A DNA stretch of 33,631 bases from NCBI GenBank assembly GCA_041690595.1, contig JAWLHB010000063.1, forward strand, positions 1-33,631, given 5' to 3'. Shown here in pieces: positions 1-9,116 of the stretch. Every line of letters begins with the position of its first letter. Positions within the stretch are counted from its first letter, which is position 1. Position numbers and translations under genes: made by a program. A model generated the notes under the pieces. It was not told the DNA's origin, ran no database searches, and saw only the letters and a list, made by a program, of their open reading frames with translations. Source of the DNA: Lentisphaeria bacterium. Its GTDB lineage: Bacteria > Verrucomicrobiota > Lentisphaeria > JABSQK01 > JAWLHB01.

Positions 1-77
1 TCTCGGCCTCACCTCCGGCCCCCAGCGCCCATGAGCAAGCCATCGAAATCCGGGCGACCAACTTTACAGACGCCTGA

Positions 78-542
78 GCCTATCCCACTGAGGTCTGGAT
101 CACTCTGGTCAGGGAGATTCTCCGCGAGCGCCAGCCCGACACCCGACTGAGATACCACCTGGGTCTGCACAACCCGCGTTCCACGGCAGAACAATGGCGC
201 CACAATATGCAGCTGATGCAGGCTATCGCGTCGTCCGTGGAGGCAACGTTTCTGGCTTACCTTCAACCGGCGGAAGCCTATGGTGTATACCCACCCACTT
301 CAGGAGAAGATTATCGGGAGCCCGATGCGGCGGCATTGCGCTTTCTTGCCGTCGCACAGGAGGCGGCCGCGGAACTGCCGTGGTGCGTCGATCTGACGGC
401 ATGTCTGGCTGACAACAACGCCATGTTTGTCGATGGTATTCACCTGAACGAGGAAGGCAATGCCGCCTTGACTCGATCCATCATCGCCGATCTCGACAGC
501 CGCGGTCTGCTCATCGGCAGCGCCGACGCGCGCGAACGCTGA
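78..542 (+). CDS. C-terminal part of an SGNH/GDSL-hydrolase-like protein; start unresolved, possibly interrupted by an in-frame TGA at 75-77
   Basis: Frame is open 78-542 and ends ...LQP...MFVDGIHLNEEGN, matching the SGNH block V DxxH motif. The track's ATG is at 207 but the frame looks coding upstream of it. Confidence 0.55.
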   Translation, partial: AYPTEVWITLVREILRERQPDTRLRYHLGLHNPRSTAEQWRHNMQLMQAIASSVEATFLAYLQPAEAYGVYPPTSGEDYREPDAAALRFLAVAQEAAAELPWCVDLTACLADNNAMFVDGIHLNEEGNAALTRSIIADLDSRGLLIGSADARER

Positions 543-546
543 GGGC

Positions 547-1599
547 TCACTCCGGGAGCTGAGCCATGACGGCGGCGATCACGGTGTCGGTGGAGATCTG
601 CATCCATTCCGGCCGGGGACAGGGGTTGTCCGTCCAGTGCGGGCAGTGATCGCTGCTTCCTTCGGGGCGAAGGGGGCAGTCGGTGCGCAGGATGGTGACC
701 CGGGGACCGAGGGGGCGGCAGTGCAGGGGGTTGGTTGGGCAGAAGAGGACGATCACCGGCAGGCCAGCGGCGGCAGCGAGGTGCGCGACGGCGGAATCGT
801 TGGCGATGACCACTCTGGCGCCGGTCACGAGCGTGCAGAGATCGCCGACGGACAAGTCGGCGACGCCACCATGATCGAGCGTCCGTACCACTTCGCGGCA
901 GAGTTCCTGCTCCGCGGCGGACCCGCAGGCAATCACCCGTAGCCCCTGTCGCTCGAGATGGGCGGCAAGTTCATGAAAGCGGGGCGCGGGCCAGCGCTTG
1001 GTGGCCCAGCCGGCGCCGGGGGCAATGACCGCGTAGGGACGACGGTCGGTGATGCCCATGCTGGCCAGGATCCCCGGAAGCTCCTCGCCGGGAGCCACGG
1101 GCGTCGGCAGGGGGGGGATCGTCAGGTCGGGGACGACGGCTTGAGCCACGCGCCACGGTCGTTCGGAAAGATGGGCTTCGGGACGCTCCGCATCAGGGAC
1201 GCGGCGCGTATAGAGGCAGCCGAGTTCACCACCATCAAAGCCGATCGTGGAGCCGCTTGCCACCAGCCGTGAGAAGAGGGCGGAATAGCGGTTGCCGGTG
1301 AGGTCGATGACAAGGTCGAAGGTCATCCCGCGCACCGCGATGGCCCGGCGCAGGAAGCCGAGCGGGTGAAAGCGCTCCCGGCGGCGGTCGCTTACGATCT
1401 CGGGGAGAGGGAGGAGTCGTTCATCCGGCAGGTACTGGCGAAAGAGGTCGAGAGCGGCGGGCTTGGCGCCGACATGGAGCTCGGTATCCGGCCAACGCGC
1501 CTGCAATGCCGGCAGCACCTGGCTGGCCCAGAAGGTGTCGCCAAGCCAGTGGCAGGCGATGAGCAGGCATCGACGCGGCGGGATGGAGGGCGCGGTCAT
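547..1599 (-). CDS. Glycosyltransferase family 9 (ADP-heptose:LPS heptosyltransferase-like)
   Basis: Motifs WLGDTFW, APGAGWATKRWP, ANDSAVAHLAAA, LFCPTNP. Start moved to ATG 1599, just past the upstream stop at 1604. Confidence 0.85.
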   Translation of the reverse strand: MTAPSIPPRRCLLIACHWLGDTFWASQVLPALQARWPDTELHVGAKPAALDLFRQYLPDERLLPLPEIVSDRRRERFHPLGFLRRAIAVRGMTFDLVIDLTGNRYSALFSRLVASGSTIGFDGGELGCLYTRRVPDAERPEAHLSERPWRVAQAVVPDLTIPPLPTPVAPGEELPGILASMGITDRRPYAVIAPGAGWATKRWPAPRFHELAAHLERQGLRVIACGSAAEQELCREVVRTLDHGGVADLSVGDLCTLVTGARVVIANDSAVAHLAAAAGLPVIVLFCPTNPLHCRPLGPRVTILRTDCPLRPEGSSDHCPHWTDNPCPRPEWMQISTDTVIAAVMAQLPE

Positions 1600-1603
1600 G
1601 CGC

Positions 1604-2506
1604 TCAAGCTCTCCCGGCGAGGCGCCGCAGGGCGGCATGAAGGCGGGGGCAGCTGTTGCGGAGACCATGGGCGAGCGAGTTGCGAAGATGGCGATAGCCA
1701 AGGCGGCCTTCATACCGCCAGCGCGGCGCGGAAAGCTTCAGCTCTTCGCGGAGGGTAGCCCAGTGCCGGCCAAGGAAGCGATGATTGTTGCGGATGCCCC
1801 ACATGGCATACGCCCACTGACTGCCGCGGCAACCGCCGCCATAGTCGTGATACATGTGATAGGCTACCGCGTCGCCGCAGAAGAATAGCTTCGCACCAGC
1901 CGCGCGGGCATTCATGTAGAAGTCGGACTCTTCGCGCAAGGCATTGCCGCGATAGCCGGGATCGTAGGGGTGGGCAAGCCCGAAGTCGCGGCGATAGAGG
2001 CTACAGGCATGGAGCAGTGGCGTCACCACCGGCGTCTCCAGGCGTTGCGAATAGTTGCCGCTGAGTGCTTCCACCGCGATGAGGGGCTGAGGCGGTTCCT
2101 GGTCCGCCCGCGCCAGTGCCTCTTCCGGGTTTTCCCCATGGAGCAGGCCGATAAGGCGCCCCGCGACGATATCCGCCTGAAGCTCAAGCAGATGCGCGTA
2201 AAGGCGCCGCACATAGGCGCCATCCATGATGACGTCGTCTTCTCCCATGAGGATGTGCGACTGTGTGGCGTGGGCGATCCCCGCGTTGCGCGTGGCGGGC
2301 AGGTTCAACCGCCGGGGATTCCGGAGATAGACGAAGCGCTCGTCGTCGACGCCATTCGCCAACTGGGGTGTCTCGTCGGTCGATCCATCGTCGACCATGA
2401 GGATCTCCTTGACGGGGAGGGCAAGATAAAGGGGCAGCGTCAACCGCAGGGTATGCGCCCGGTTGTAGCTGGGGAGAATGATGGTGATGGGTAGAAGCTC
2501 AGCCAT
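1604..2506 (-). CDS. Glycosyltransferase family 2
   Basis: IILPSYNR, VDDGSTD, RNAG, MGEDD (DxD-like), REESD. Confidence 0.88.
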   Translation of the reverse strand: MAELLPITIILPSYNRAHTLRLTLPLYLALPVKEILMVDDGSTDETPQLANGVDDERFVYLRNPRRLNLPATRNAGIAHATQSHILMGEDDVIMDGAYVRRLYAHLLELQADIVAGRLIGLLHGENPEEALARADQEPPQPLIAVEALSGNYSQRLETPVVTPLLHACSLYRRDFGLAHPYDPGYRGNALREESDFYMNARAAGAKLFFCGDAVAYHMYHDYGGGCRGSQWAYAMWGIRNNHRFLGRHWATLREELKLSAPRWRYEGRLGYRHLRNSLAHGLRNSCPRLHAALRRLAGRA

Positions 2507-2518
2507 GACAGGAGCGGC

Positions 2519-3556
2519 TCAATCCGAAAGGTGATGGCGTCGCCCGCGCTGACGCAGAGCGAGACTCAGACCGCTGAGTTGACGAAGGGTGAAGCGCTCG
2601 ATCCCTTCATCGCCGCTCATCAGCCAGAGGCGCGGCAGGGCGTGGAGGGTGTCGCGGTGAGGCGGAAAAAGCGGGGACCAGCGCGTCGTGACGGCGGTCA
2701 CAAAGCCGGCATCGGCAGCGGCGGCGAATTCACGGGGTCCTGCCTCGCCAGGTCCGCCGTACGGATAAGCGAGATGATCGCACGCCCCCAGTTCGGCCAC
2801 CATGCGCTCGCGGGAGTGCGCGAGTTCGGCGGCCAGCTCGGCCGTGCTTTCTTCTTTGAGATTGGCATGACTGACGGTGTGCGCCCCGAAGGTGACCAGA
2901 GGATCCTGATTGAGCTGGCGGATCTGCTCCCAGGTCATGAAGGAGTCGCATGAGCGCATGGCGTCGACTCCGTTTGCGGCACACCAGTTGGTGAGTATGG
3001 CCGAACGGCGGGCATGGGGCAGGTGCATCAGGCAGTGCGCCAGGCGAGCATAGGATGCCTCCTTTTCGGCCCGGCTGCTGTTCGGTAACGTCTGCTCATC
3101 GCCATCGAGTTCCACCCGAAGTGGCCCCTCCCGCAGCACGAGTTCATGCAGGGCGATCCACCACGCGGGCACCTTGCGATCGATGATCCCGGTTGGCAGG
3201 TAGACAGTGAATGGAACCTTCAGGGCCTGGCAGATGGGCAGCACCTGATCGGCCATGCTGCGATAGCCATCGTCGAAAGTGAGGCAGGCGATGCGTTCGG
3301 ATGGGGCGTGCAGGGCGGCCGGCAGGGCATCGACGGGAATGAAAGTGTAGCCATCGTTCTGCATGTGCCGCAAGAGCGCCGCCAGGCTCTCCGCCCGGTT
3401 TTCCAGGCACCGCAGCGGGTGCAGATACTCCTCGTGCAGGCGGGGGACGATGTCGTGAAAACCGAGGATGCACCCCATGCCGCCGAAGCGTCGCCGGCAG
3501 AGGCCGAGAAGCCCCGTGCGCTGGAGCACTGGGTAGAGGAGCGAGTCGATGCTCAT
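2519..3556 (-). CDS. Polysaccharide deacetylase (CE4/NodB-like)
   Basis: LTFDDGY, GAHTVSH, AYPYG. ATG 3556 overlaps the upstream TGA (ATGA). Confidence 0.88.
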   Translation of the reverse strand: MSIDSLLYPVLQRTGLLGLCRRRFGGMGCILGFHDIVPRLHEEYLHPLRCLENRAESLAALLRHMQNDGYTFIPVDALPAALHAPSERIACLTFDDGYRSMADQVLPICQALKVPFTVYLPTGIIDRKVPAWWIALHELVLREGPLRVELDGDEQTLPNSSRAEKEASYARLAHCLMHLPHARRSAILTNWCAANGVDAMRSCDSFMTWEQIRQLNQDPLVTFGAHTVSHANLKEESTAELAAELAHSRERMVAELGACDHLAYPYGGPGEAGPREFAAAADAGFVTAVTTRWSPLFPPHRDTLHALPRLWLMSGDEGIERFTLRQLSGLSLALRQRGRRHHLSD

Positions 3557-4662
3557 GGATCGAGTTGCTCCTTTTCGCCGACGCGGGCGGCGCGGGCATT
3601 CAGCCGATCGACCAGGCGCGTGGTGGCGCTCAAGCGCTCGCTGGTTCGCTTGGCGAACAGGTAGGCGCGGCCGGCGGCACTTACCGGCTCGAGGACGCGA
3701 TACAACTCCTTGGTGACGTCGCTCCATTCGGTCTTGTAGGCTTCATCGCCGACGGTGAAATCGAAGTACTTCAGGCCATGCCCGATGGCCCATTGCAGGA
3801 GCCATTCGGTCAGCAACCGTCCGGGCGAATACTTTCCGAACTCGTCGTCGAAGGTGGGCATGTAATGATAGAAGCGATCGTGGCGGTACATGCCCATGTG
3901 GGTGGCAATGAGCTGGTCTCCCAGTCGCAGTGCGGAGAGCTGGGTATCCGGCATGGCAGGAACCCCGGCATAGAAATCGGCGTGGGACGTTGAGGCGAAG
4001 AAATTGCGCGCGCCGGTCTCGGTGTAACGGCGTTCCTTCTGGGCGCGCATGACGTCATACACCTGCTGCTTCTCCGCCTCGCTCTCGGCGATGAAGAAGG
4101 AAAGCTCACCGAGTTCTTCCAGCCGGCGCAGCCGACGCCGGGAATCGGCGCGAAGCTTGGTGGTCACTCTGGACGCATACCATGACTCCCATTCCTCACC
4201 CAGCGTACAGGTGAAGCTGATTTCTGCCGGTTCGCAACCGGGAAGCAGCAGGAAGGGATTATCGCGATCGGCAATGCGGGCCGGGCCGCGCGCCATGTTT
4301 ACCACGTCCACGCCACCAATCCGTGACTTGACCTCCCGCCAGAGCTTGGCAAAGCCCTCTGGCTGGAAGGAGGGCGCGCCGCGGTGAAGGAGTGGCGCAT
4401 GATAGTCGGTGACATCGCCGCCAAGCCATTCCAGGCGGCGAACGATGCGCTGGCGTATGCCCATCGGCAACAGCAGGAAGGGTTCGCCGCCATCTTCAGC
4501 GACGGTGACAATACATGGCTCGATCCCCTGCGCCCCACCGATTGTGGCAAACCAGTGGGAGAGCCAGGCATAGCGCTGGAACGGGTGAAAGAGGCCATCC
4601 TGCTCCAATTTCAGCCATGCCGCCCGGGCATCTTCAAAGGTCGTATAGAGTTGAATCTTCAT
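3553..4662 (-). CDS. GNAT-family N-acyltransferase, CelD/BcsL-like
   Basis: DYHAPL, SPGRLL, FDFTVGDEAYK. Start MKIQLY at 4662 overlaps the upstream stop. The first ~340 aa of the 712-aa track ORF overlap another gene. Confidence 0.85.
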   Translation of the reverse strand: MKIQLYTTFEDARAAWLKLEQDGLFHPFQRYAWLSHWFATIGGAQGIEPCIVTVAEDGGEPFLLLPMGIRQRIVRRLEWLGGDVTDYHAPLLHRGAPSFQPEGFAKLWREVKSRIGGVDVVNMARGPARIADRDNPFLLLPGCEPAEISFTCTLGEEWESWYASRVTTKLRADSRRRLRRLEELGELSFFIAESEAEKQQVYDVMRAQKERRYTETGARNFFASTSHADFYAGVPAMPDTQLSALRLGDQLIATHMGMYRHDRFYHYMPTFDDEFGKYSPGRLLTEWLLQWAIGHGLKYFDFTVGDEAYKTEWSDVTKELYRVLEPVSAAGRAYLFAKRTSERLSATTRLVDRLNARAARVGEKEQLDP

Positions 4663-5717
4663 GGTGCTTGAAGTTGCTGGAGGCGTTGAGTCAGAGCGTG
4701 AGAATCGAGATCGCCGGGAATGGGAAAGCATACGAGCCGCTGCCAGAAGCGATACGCGGCGGAGCTGGGGTCGTCGGCAAAACAGCGCGGCAAGGCAGGC
4801 CAGCCGTGAACGTTGATGCGACGATGCCATCCCCAGCCGAACCAGTTGCAGCGGCTCTCCGCATCGGGCGCCACGGCGGCAAAAAGCATGGGGGCCGCAC
4901 CGTCGGCCAACGCAGGAAAGAGGGGCTGCAGGCCATGGGCGCTCGTCCATCGCTCCCATGTACCATATACCTCGCGCCGACCTGCCGCCAGTGCTGCCTG
5001 GTCGACTGCCTGAAGCTGCGTCCATACGCGCTCGTCCATCCCCCATTCCGGTAGAATCGCCTCGTACCAGATTTCGTGCCGGTCGTAGTCCGGCTGGGTG
5101 CGGTAACGCTGGAGGACCTGTGGCAGTTGATCGAGGAACCGGCCCCGGTTGGTGCGGTACCATTGTCGCCATGGCTGAAGAGGCGGCACCGGCGGCGAGG
5201 GGGCCTCGATATCGTCTGCCAGTCGCAACAGGCCGCCGTGAGGGAGCGGCAGGCATTTGCGGGGTGACCAGAAGGCCATCGCCCCCGCCTGGCCCAGCGG
5301 CCGGCCATCCGCCGTCGCGCCCCAGCAGTGGGCGCAATCCTCGATCAGCAGCAGATCCTGACTCCGGCAGAACTCCGCCGCCGCCGCGGTCGGCTGGGGC
5401 TGGCCGAAATAGTGTACCAAGAGAAAGCCTTTGGCGCTGCTGGTCAGGGTGGAGACCGCCGGCCAGTCGGGTGCAAGGGTATCGGTCAGCGGATAGTAGA
5501 CACTCTCGATCCCCATCGCCGCCAGGCTCTCCGGCACCACCTGGCAGATGAATTCCGGCAGGAGCAGGCGATCCCCGCTCTGGAAGCCAAGCGCCCGCAG
5601 CCCCACCTGCAACGCGGTTCGTGCATGTGAATAGGCATACGGCTGCACGTCGTTCCGGTGGGAACGCGGCGGCCCGAGGTAGTGGCGCCATGGTATGAGA
5701 GGCAATGAACGAATCAT
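4659..5717 (-). CDS. DegT/DnrJ/EryC1/StrS-like PLP-dependent aminotransferase-fold protein (divergent)
   Basis: ARTAL, LLVHYFG, IEDCAH, WSPRKCLP (PLP lysine position). ATGA overlaps on both sides. Confidence 0.75.
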   Translation of the reverse strand: MIRSLPLIPWRHYLGPPRSHRNDVQPYAYSHARTALQVGLRALGFQSGDRLLLPEFICQVVPESLAAMGIESVYYPLTDTLAPDWPAVSTLTSSAKGFLLVHYFGQPQPTAAAAEFCRSQDLLLIEDCAHCWGATADGRPLGQAGAMAFWSPRKCLPLPHGGLLRLADDIEAPSPPVPPLQPWRQWYRTNRGRFLDQLPQVLQRYRTQPDYDRHEIWYEAILPEWGMDERVWTQLQAVDQAALAAGRREVYGTWERWTSAHGLQPLFPALADGAAPMLFAAVAPDAESRCNWFGWGWHRRINVHGWPALPRCFADDPSSAAYRFWQRLVCFPIPGDLDSHALTQRLQQLQAP

Positions 5718-6613
5718 GCGGAAAGAAAGCTCTTGGCCAGACTATGCCAGGTGGGCAGGTGAAGGGGCGATCTCTTCAGCGAGTCGAGCAGTACCCGCCG
5801 AGCGTCGCCGCGCCTGCCTGCCCCCAGCAGTTCGAGTGCATAGGCCCGGGTATGGGTGCGTCGTGCCCGGGTACAGACGGTTGAGACGGCGACGCGCTCC
5901 TCCGGCGTGAGCAGCTCGCTTTGCGGCAGTTCCAGCTCGAGGTCGGCAAGGGCGGTCATCATGCTGGCATGCATCATGTCGGCAGCCTGGCTGGTGTTGG
6001 CGCCATGGATGCGATAGCTGGCCAGCTTGTCGTCGACATAATCGAAGTCGCAGCGCGCAGCGAGGCGTACCCATAGATCCCAGTCCTCGACGCCCTTGCG
6101 GCCAGGGCGAAAGCGCAGACGATCCTGCTCGATCACCTCGCGCCGGACAACGACGGTGGAGGATGAAACGAAGTTGTGGTCGAGCAGCTCCAGCACCACG
6201 CGTCCGCGCAAGTACCGCACTGGCGGCTGGGGCAGTCGCCTGCCCTCGGCGTCGATGTACTCCTCACCGGTGTAGACCAGACCGACGCGCGGGTTGTCGA
6301 AGCGTGGCATCTGGCGTTCGAGCTTGGTTGGATGCCAGAGGTCGTCGGCATCGAGGAAGGCGACGAAGGGGCTTCTGGCCAGATCGAGTCCGGTGTTGCG
6401 CGAACCAGCCGGACATCCGCTGTTCTCCTGATAGTGGTAGCGGATGCGGGGATCGTCCTGCGCGTTGACCCACTCGCGTGTGGAGTCGGTCGAGCCGTTG
6501 TCGACGATCTGGATGACAAGCTCCTTCCATGTCTGCGCGAGGGCGCTGCCGACGGCAGCGGGCAGGAACTCCATGCCGTTATAGGTCGGGATGATGATGG
6601 TGATCTCAGCCAT
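5714..6613 (-). CDS. Glycosyltransferase family 2
   Basis: IIIPTYN, VDNGSTD, RNTG, FLDADDLW, EDWDLW. Confidence 0.92.
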   Translation of the reverse strand: MAEITIIIPTYNGMEFLPAAVGSALAQTWKELVIQIVDNGSTDSTREWVNAQDDPRIRYHYQENSGCPAGSRNTGLDLARSPFVAFLDADDLWHPTKLERQMPRFDNPRVGLVYTGEEYIDAEGRRLPQPPVRYLRGRVVLELLDHNFVSSSTVVVRREVIEQDRLRFRPGRKGVEDWDLWVRLAARCDFDYVDDKLASYRIHGANTSQAADMMHASMMTALADLELELPQSELLTPEERVAVSTVCTRARRTHTRAYALELLGAGRRGDARRVLLDSLKRSPLHLPTWHSLAKSFLSA

Positions 6614-7577
6614 GATTCAGCCGCCACTGGAGCGTTCGTTCGATTTCGCTCTTCACGGGGAGGGGGAAGAGGTGGGGAGCGTATGCGGCCAGCCGTCGAG
6701 TCTGGAGGTGCCAGGGCGGTTGGCCGCCGAGGCGGTTGAAGGGCGGACGCATGGAGCGGCCCGCAACGTCCAGCGTGACCTCGCTGCCGCGCAGTGGGGC
6801 GGCCATCTCGGCCACCTCGATGGCGGCGTCGAGCAGGCGCACGGTCCGGCCAGATCCGACCAGCAGCCGGGTGTGCGGCGGCAGGGACGCATGATCGCGC
6901 ACCACCTGCCGTACGAGATCCTGGAAGCTGTTCAGGGGGAAGAAGTCGCGCCAGGGGGTGCCGTCGGAGAGGAGCCGGATCACCCCGGCGTCTGCTGCCT
7001 GGCGGCAGAAATCGTTGAGCACCAGCTCCCACCCCTTGCTCTCCGCCAGACGAGGCGCGCCAAAGATGTTGCTCAGGCGAAGGACGACAGAGCGGAGCCC
7101 TGCCACGCGCGCGGCAAAAGCCACCGCTTCCTCCGCCTGCAGGTGCGTCAGTCCATAGTAGTTGTGAGGCGCCGCCGGGCTCTCTTCATCGATGGCGCCC
7201 GTCATATTCTGGCCATATACCTGCACGGTGGAGAGGTAGACAACCAGCTTGAGTGAAGGCGGTGGCCGGTGCAGCAGCCGCATGAGCGTTCCCACGTTGG
7301 CGGTCAGGCTCTTCAGCGGATCCGCGGCCGAGGCATGATGATCGAGCGCCACGCAATGGATCAGTGCCTCGGGCGCGCCGGCATGCAGCTGCTCTATCAC
7401 CGGCTCGTCCCGCAGGTCGCCCAGGATCAACTCACGCCTGGTGAAGCGGGTTAGGTCATCGCGACCAGCTTGGGATGGAGCACGCGCATGCAGATGCAGA
7501 TCGTGGCCATCCGCGTGAAGGGCTTCGGCGATTCGGCCCCCCAGATAGCCGGAAGCACCGGTAATGCGCACCATCAT
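6606..7577 (-). CDS. Extended SDR, NAD(P)-dependent nucleotide-sugar reductase/epimerase
   Basis: ITGASGYLG, LSTVQVYG, YGLTH, LRLSNIFG, RDF. ATG 7577 overlaps the epimerase stop; ATG 7589 is an alternative start. Confidence 0.82.
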   Translation of the reverse strand: MMVRITGASGYLGGRIAEALHADGHDLHLHARAPSQAGRDDLTRFTRRELILGDLRDEPVIEQLHAGAPEALIHCVALDHHASAADPLKSLTANVGTLMRLLHRPPPSLKLVVYLSTVQVYGQNMTGAIDEESPAAPHNYYGLTHLQAEEAVAFAARVAGLRSVVLRLSNIFGAPRLAESKGWELVLNDFCRQAADAGVIRLLSDGTPWRDFFPLNSFQDLVRQVVRDHASLPPHTRLLVGSGRTVRLLDAAIEVAEMAAPLRGSEVTLDVAGRSMRPPFNRLGGQPPWHLQTRRLAAYAPHLFPLPVKSEIERTLQWRLNHG

Positions 7578-8026
7578 CTGATTGTCCATTGATATGGAAT
7601 GGAGTCGTCGTCTTGCGGCAGCCGGTCGACTTCGTCGGGATCGTGTTCGAGAGTGGCACAGTTGGCCAGAAGAGCCGGCTGTCCACCGGGATTGGCAAAA
7701 CCGAACCAGAGCATCGGGGGCACGGTGGCCAGGCGATAGGCAGACGGCTCCTCGCCCAGCGTGATTTGCACCACGGTTCCCCGGGTTGGCGAATCCGGCC
7801 GGTCGTCGTAGACAATCAGCAGTATCTCTCCCACCGGCACGGCGAGGTTGAGGGTCATGCGCCGATGGCGTTTCCACGCCTTGACCTGTCCCGGCCCGAC
7901 CATCGAGAAGTAGACTTCGCCGAACCGGATGAAGTGGGGATCGGAAGCTCGCAGCATGTGAAAGACGCCACCGCGGGCGTCGCGCATCTGGCGCAGGTCG
8001 GTGAGGATGAGGCCGTCAATCTTCAT
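7574..8026 (-). CDS. RmlC/RfbC-family NDP-4-keto-6-deoxyhexose 3(,5)-epimerase (cupin)
   Basis: DARGGVFHML, FGEVYFS, VKAWKRH, VYDDR, VPPMLWFGF; lies directly after rfbG. Confidence 0.85.
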   Translation of the reverse strand: MKIDGLILTDLRQMRDARGGVFHMLRASDPHFIRFGEVYFSMVGPGQVKAWKRHRRMTLNLAVPVGEILLIVYDDRPDSPTRGTVVQITLGEEPSAYRLATVPPMLWFGFANPGGQPALLANCATLEHDPDEVDRLPQDDDSIPYQWTIR

Positions 8027-9116
8027 GACTGATCCAGGGCTGGTGACGCGTGCGGGCGAGCTGCTCGTACTCGTCCAGTTGTTGCGCGGTGAGGTCGGCC
8101 ATCGGTGTCTGATGACAGTAATAGCGGTTATACCATTGCGCGGTCAGGCGAGCCGTTTGCGCAAAGGTCATCGTCGGTCGCCAGGCGAGACGATGCATGG
8201 CCTTTTCGGAACTGAGTTGAAGCAGATGCGATTCCTTGCCGACGAGGGTGGCGGGCATGGCGTCCCAGGCGCATCCGGGCCAATGGCGGAGCAGCGCCTC
8301 GATCAGCTCCGCCACGGTGTTGCCGGGGCCGGGGGGCGGACCGAAGTTGAAGGCTTCGCCACGAATGCCGTCGCTTTCGCCGAGCAGGCGGCTCCCCGTC
8401 AGGAGATAACCGCTGAGGGGTTCGAGGACGTGCTGCCATGGTCGAGTTGCGCCGGGGTTGCGTACCGCCACCCGCTCACCGCGCGACCAGGCCCGGGCAC
8501 AGTCGGGCACGATGCGGTTGTCGGCCCAGTCGCCACCGCCGATGACGTTGCCGGCACGCACCGAGCTGATGGCCGCCCCCGTGCGGAAGTAGGAAGCCTG
8601 ATAGGCGTGTATGATCAGTTCCGCGGCAGCCTTCGAAGCGCTGTAGGGATCATCGCCGCCGAGCCGATCGTCCTCGCGATAGCCCCACTCCCACTCGACG
8701 TTGCGGTAGCACTTGTCGCTCGTGATGATCACGCCGGCGGCAACGCTGGGGGTATGGCGGATCGCCTCCAGCACGTTAGCGGTGCCGGCGACGTTGGTCT
8801 CGAAGGTGAGTACGGGTTCGCTGTAGCTGCGCGCCACCAGGGACTGAGCGGCCAGGTGAAAGACGATCTCGGGCTGGAAGGCATCGAAGGCCGCCTGCAC
8901 GGCTGCGCCGTCGCGAACATCCCCCCAGGTCATCTGGAGGCGTTGTTCGAGGCCGGTGGCAGCGAAGAGGGATGGTTCGGTGGGGATGCAGTCAGCATAG
9001 CCTGCGAGCCTGGCGCCGAGGCGGTGCAGCCAGCTTGCCAGCCAGGCGCCCTTGAAGCCGGTTACGCCGGTGATCAGAACGCGGCGATCACGATAGCAGT
9101 CATTGAAAGGATTCAT
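8016..9116 (-). CDS. rfbG: CDP-glucose 4,6-dehydratase
   Basis: TGVTGFKGAW, FHLAAQSLV, ITSDKCY, DPYSASKA, RAGNVIGGGDW, RPWQHVLEPL. ATG 9116 overlaps the rfbF stop. Confidence 0.95.
   Translation of the reverse strand: MNPFNDCYRDRRVLITGVTGFKGAWLASWLHRLGARLAGYADCIPTEPSLFAATGLEQRLQMTWGDVRDGAAVQAAFDAFQPEIVFHLAAQSLVARSYSEPVLTFETNVAGTANVLEAIRHTPSVAAGVIITSDKCYRNVEWEWGYREDDRLGGDDPYSASKAAAELIIHAYQASYFRTGAAISSVRAGNVIGGGDWADNRIVPDCARAWSRGERVAVRNPGATRPWQHVLEPLSGYLLTGSRLLGESDGIRGEAFNFGPPPGPGNTVAELIEALLRHWPGCAWDAMPATLVGKESHLLQLSSEKAMHRLAWRPTMTFAQTARLTAQWYNRYYCHQTPMADLTAQQLDEYEQLARTRHQPWISHED

Noticed and set aside
3553..5691. 712-aa GNAT protein and similar N-terminal extensions (13097-14491, 17762-19663, 25844-27922, 6606-7877)
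   Set aside because: The extensions are Arg/Pro-rich alternate-frame reads overlapping real upstream genes; better starts lie at or just after the upstream stop codons.
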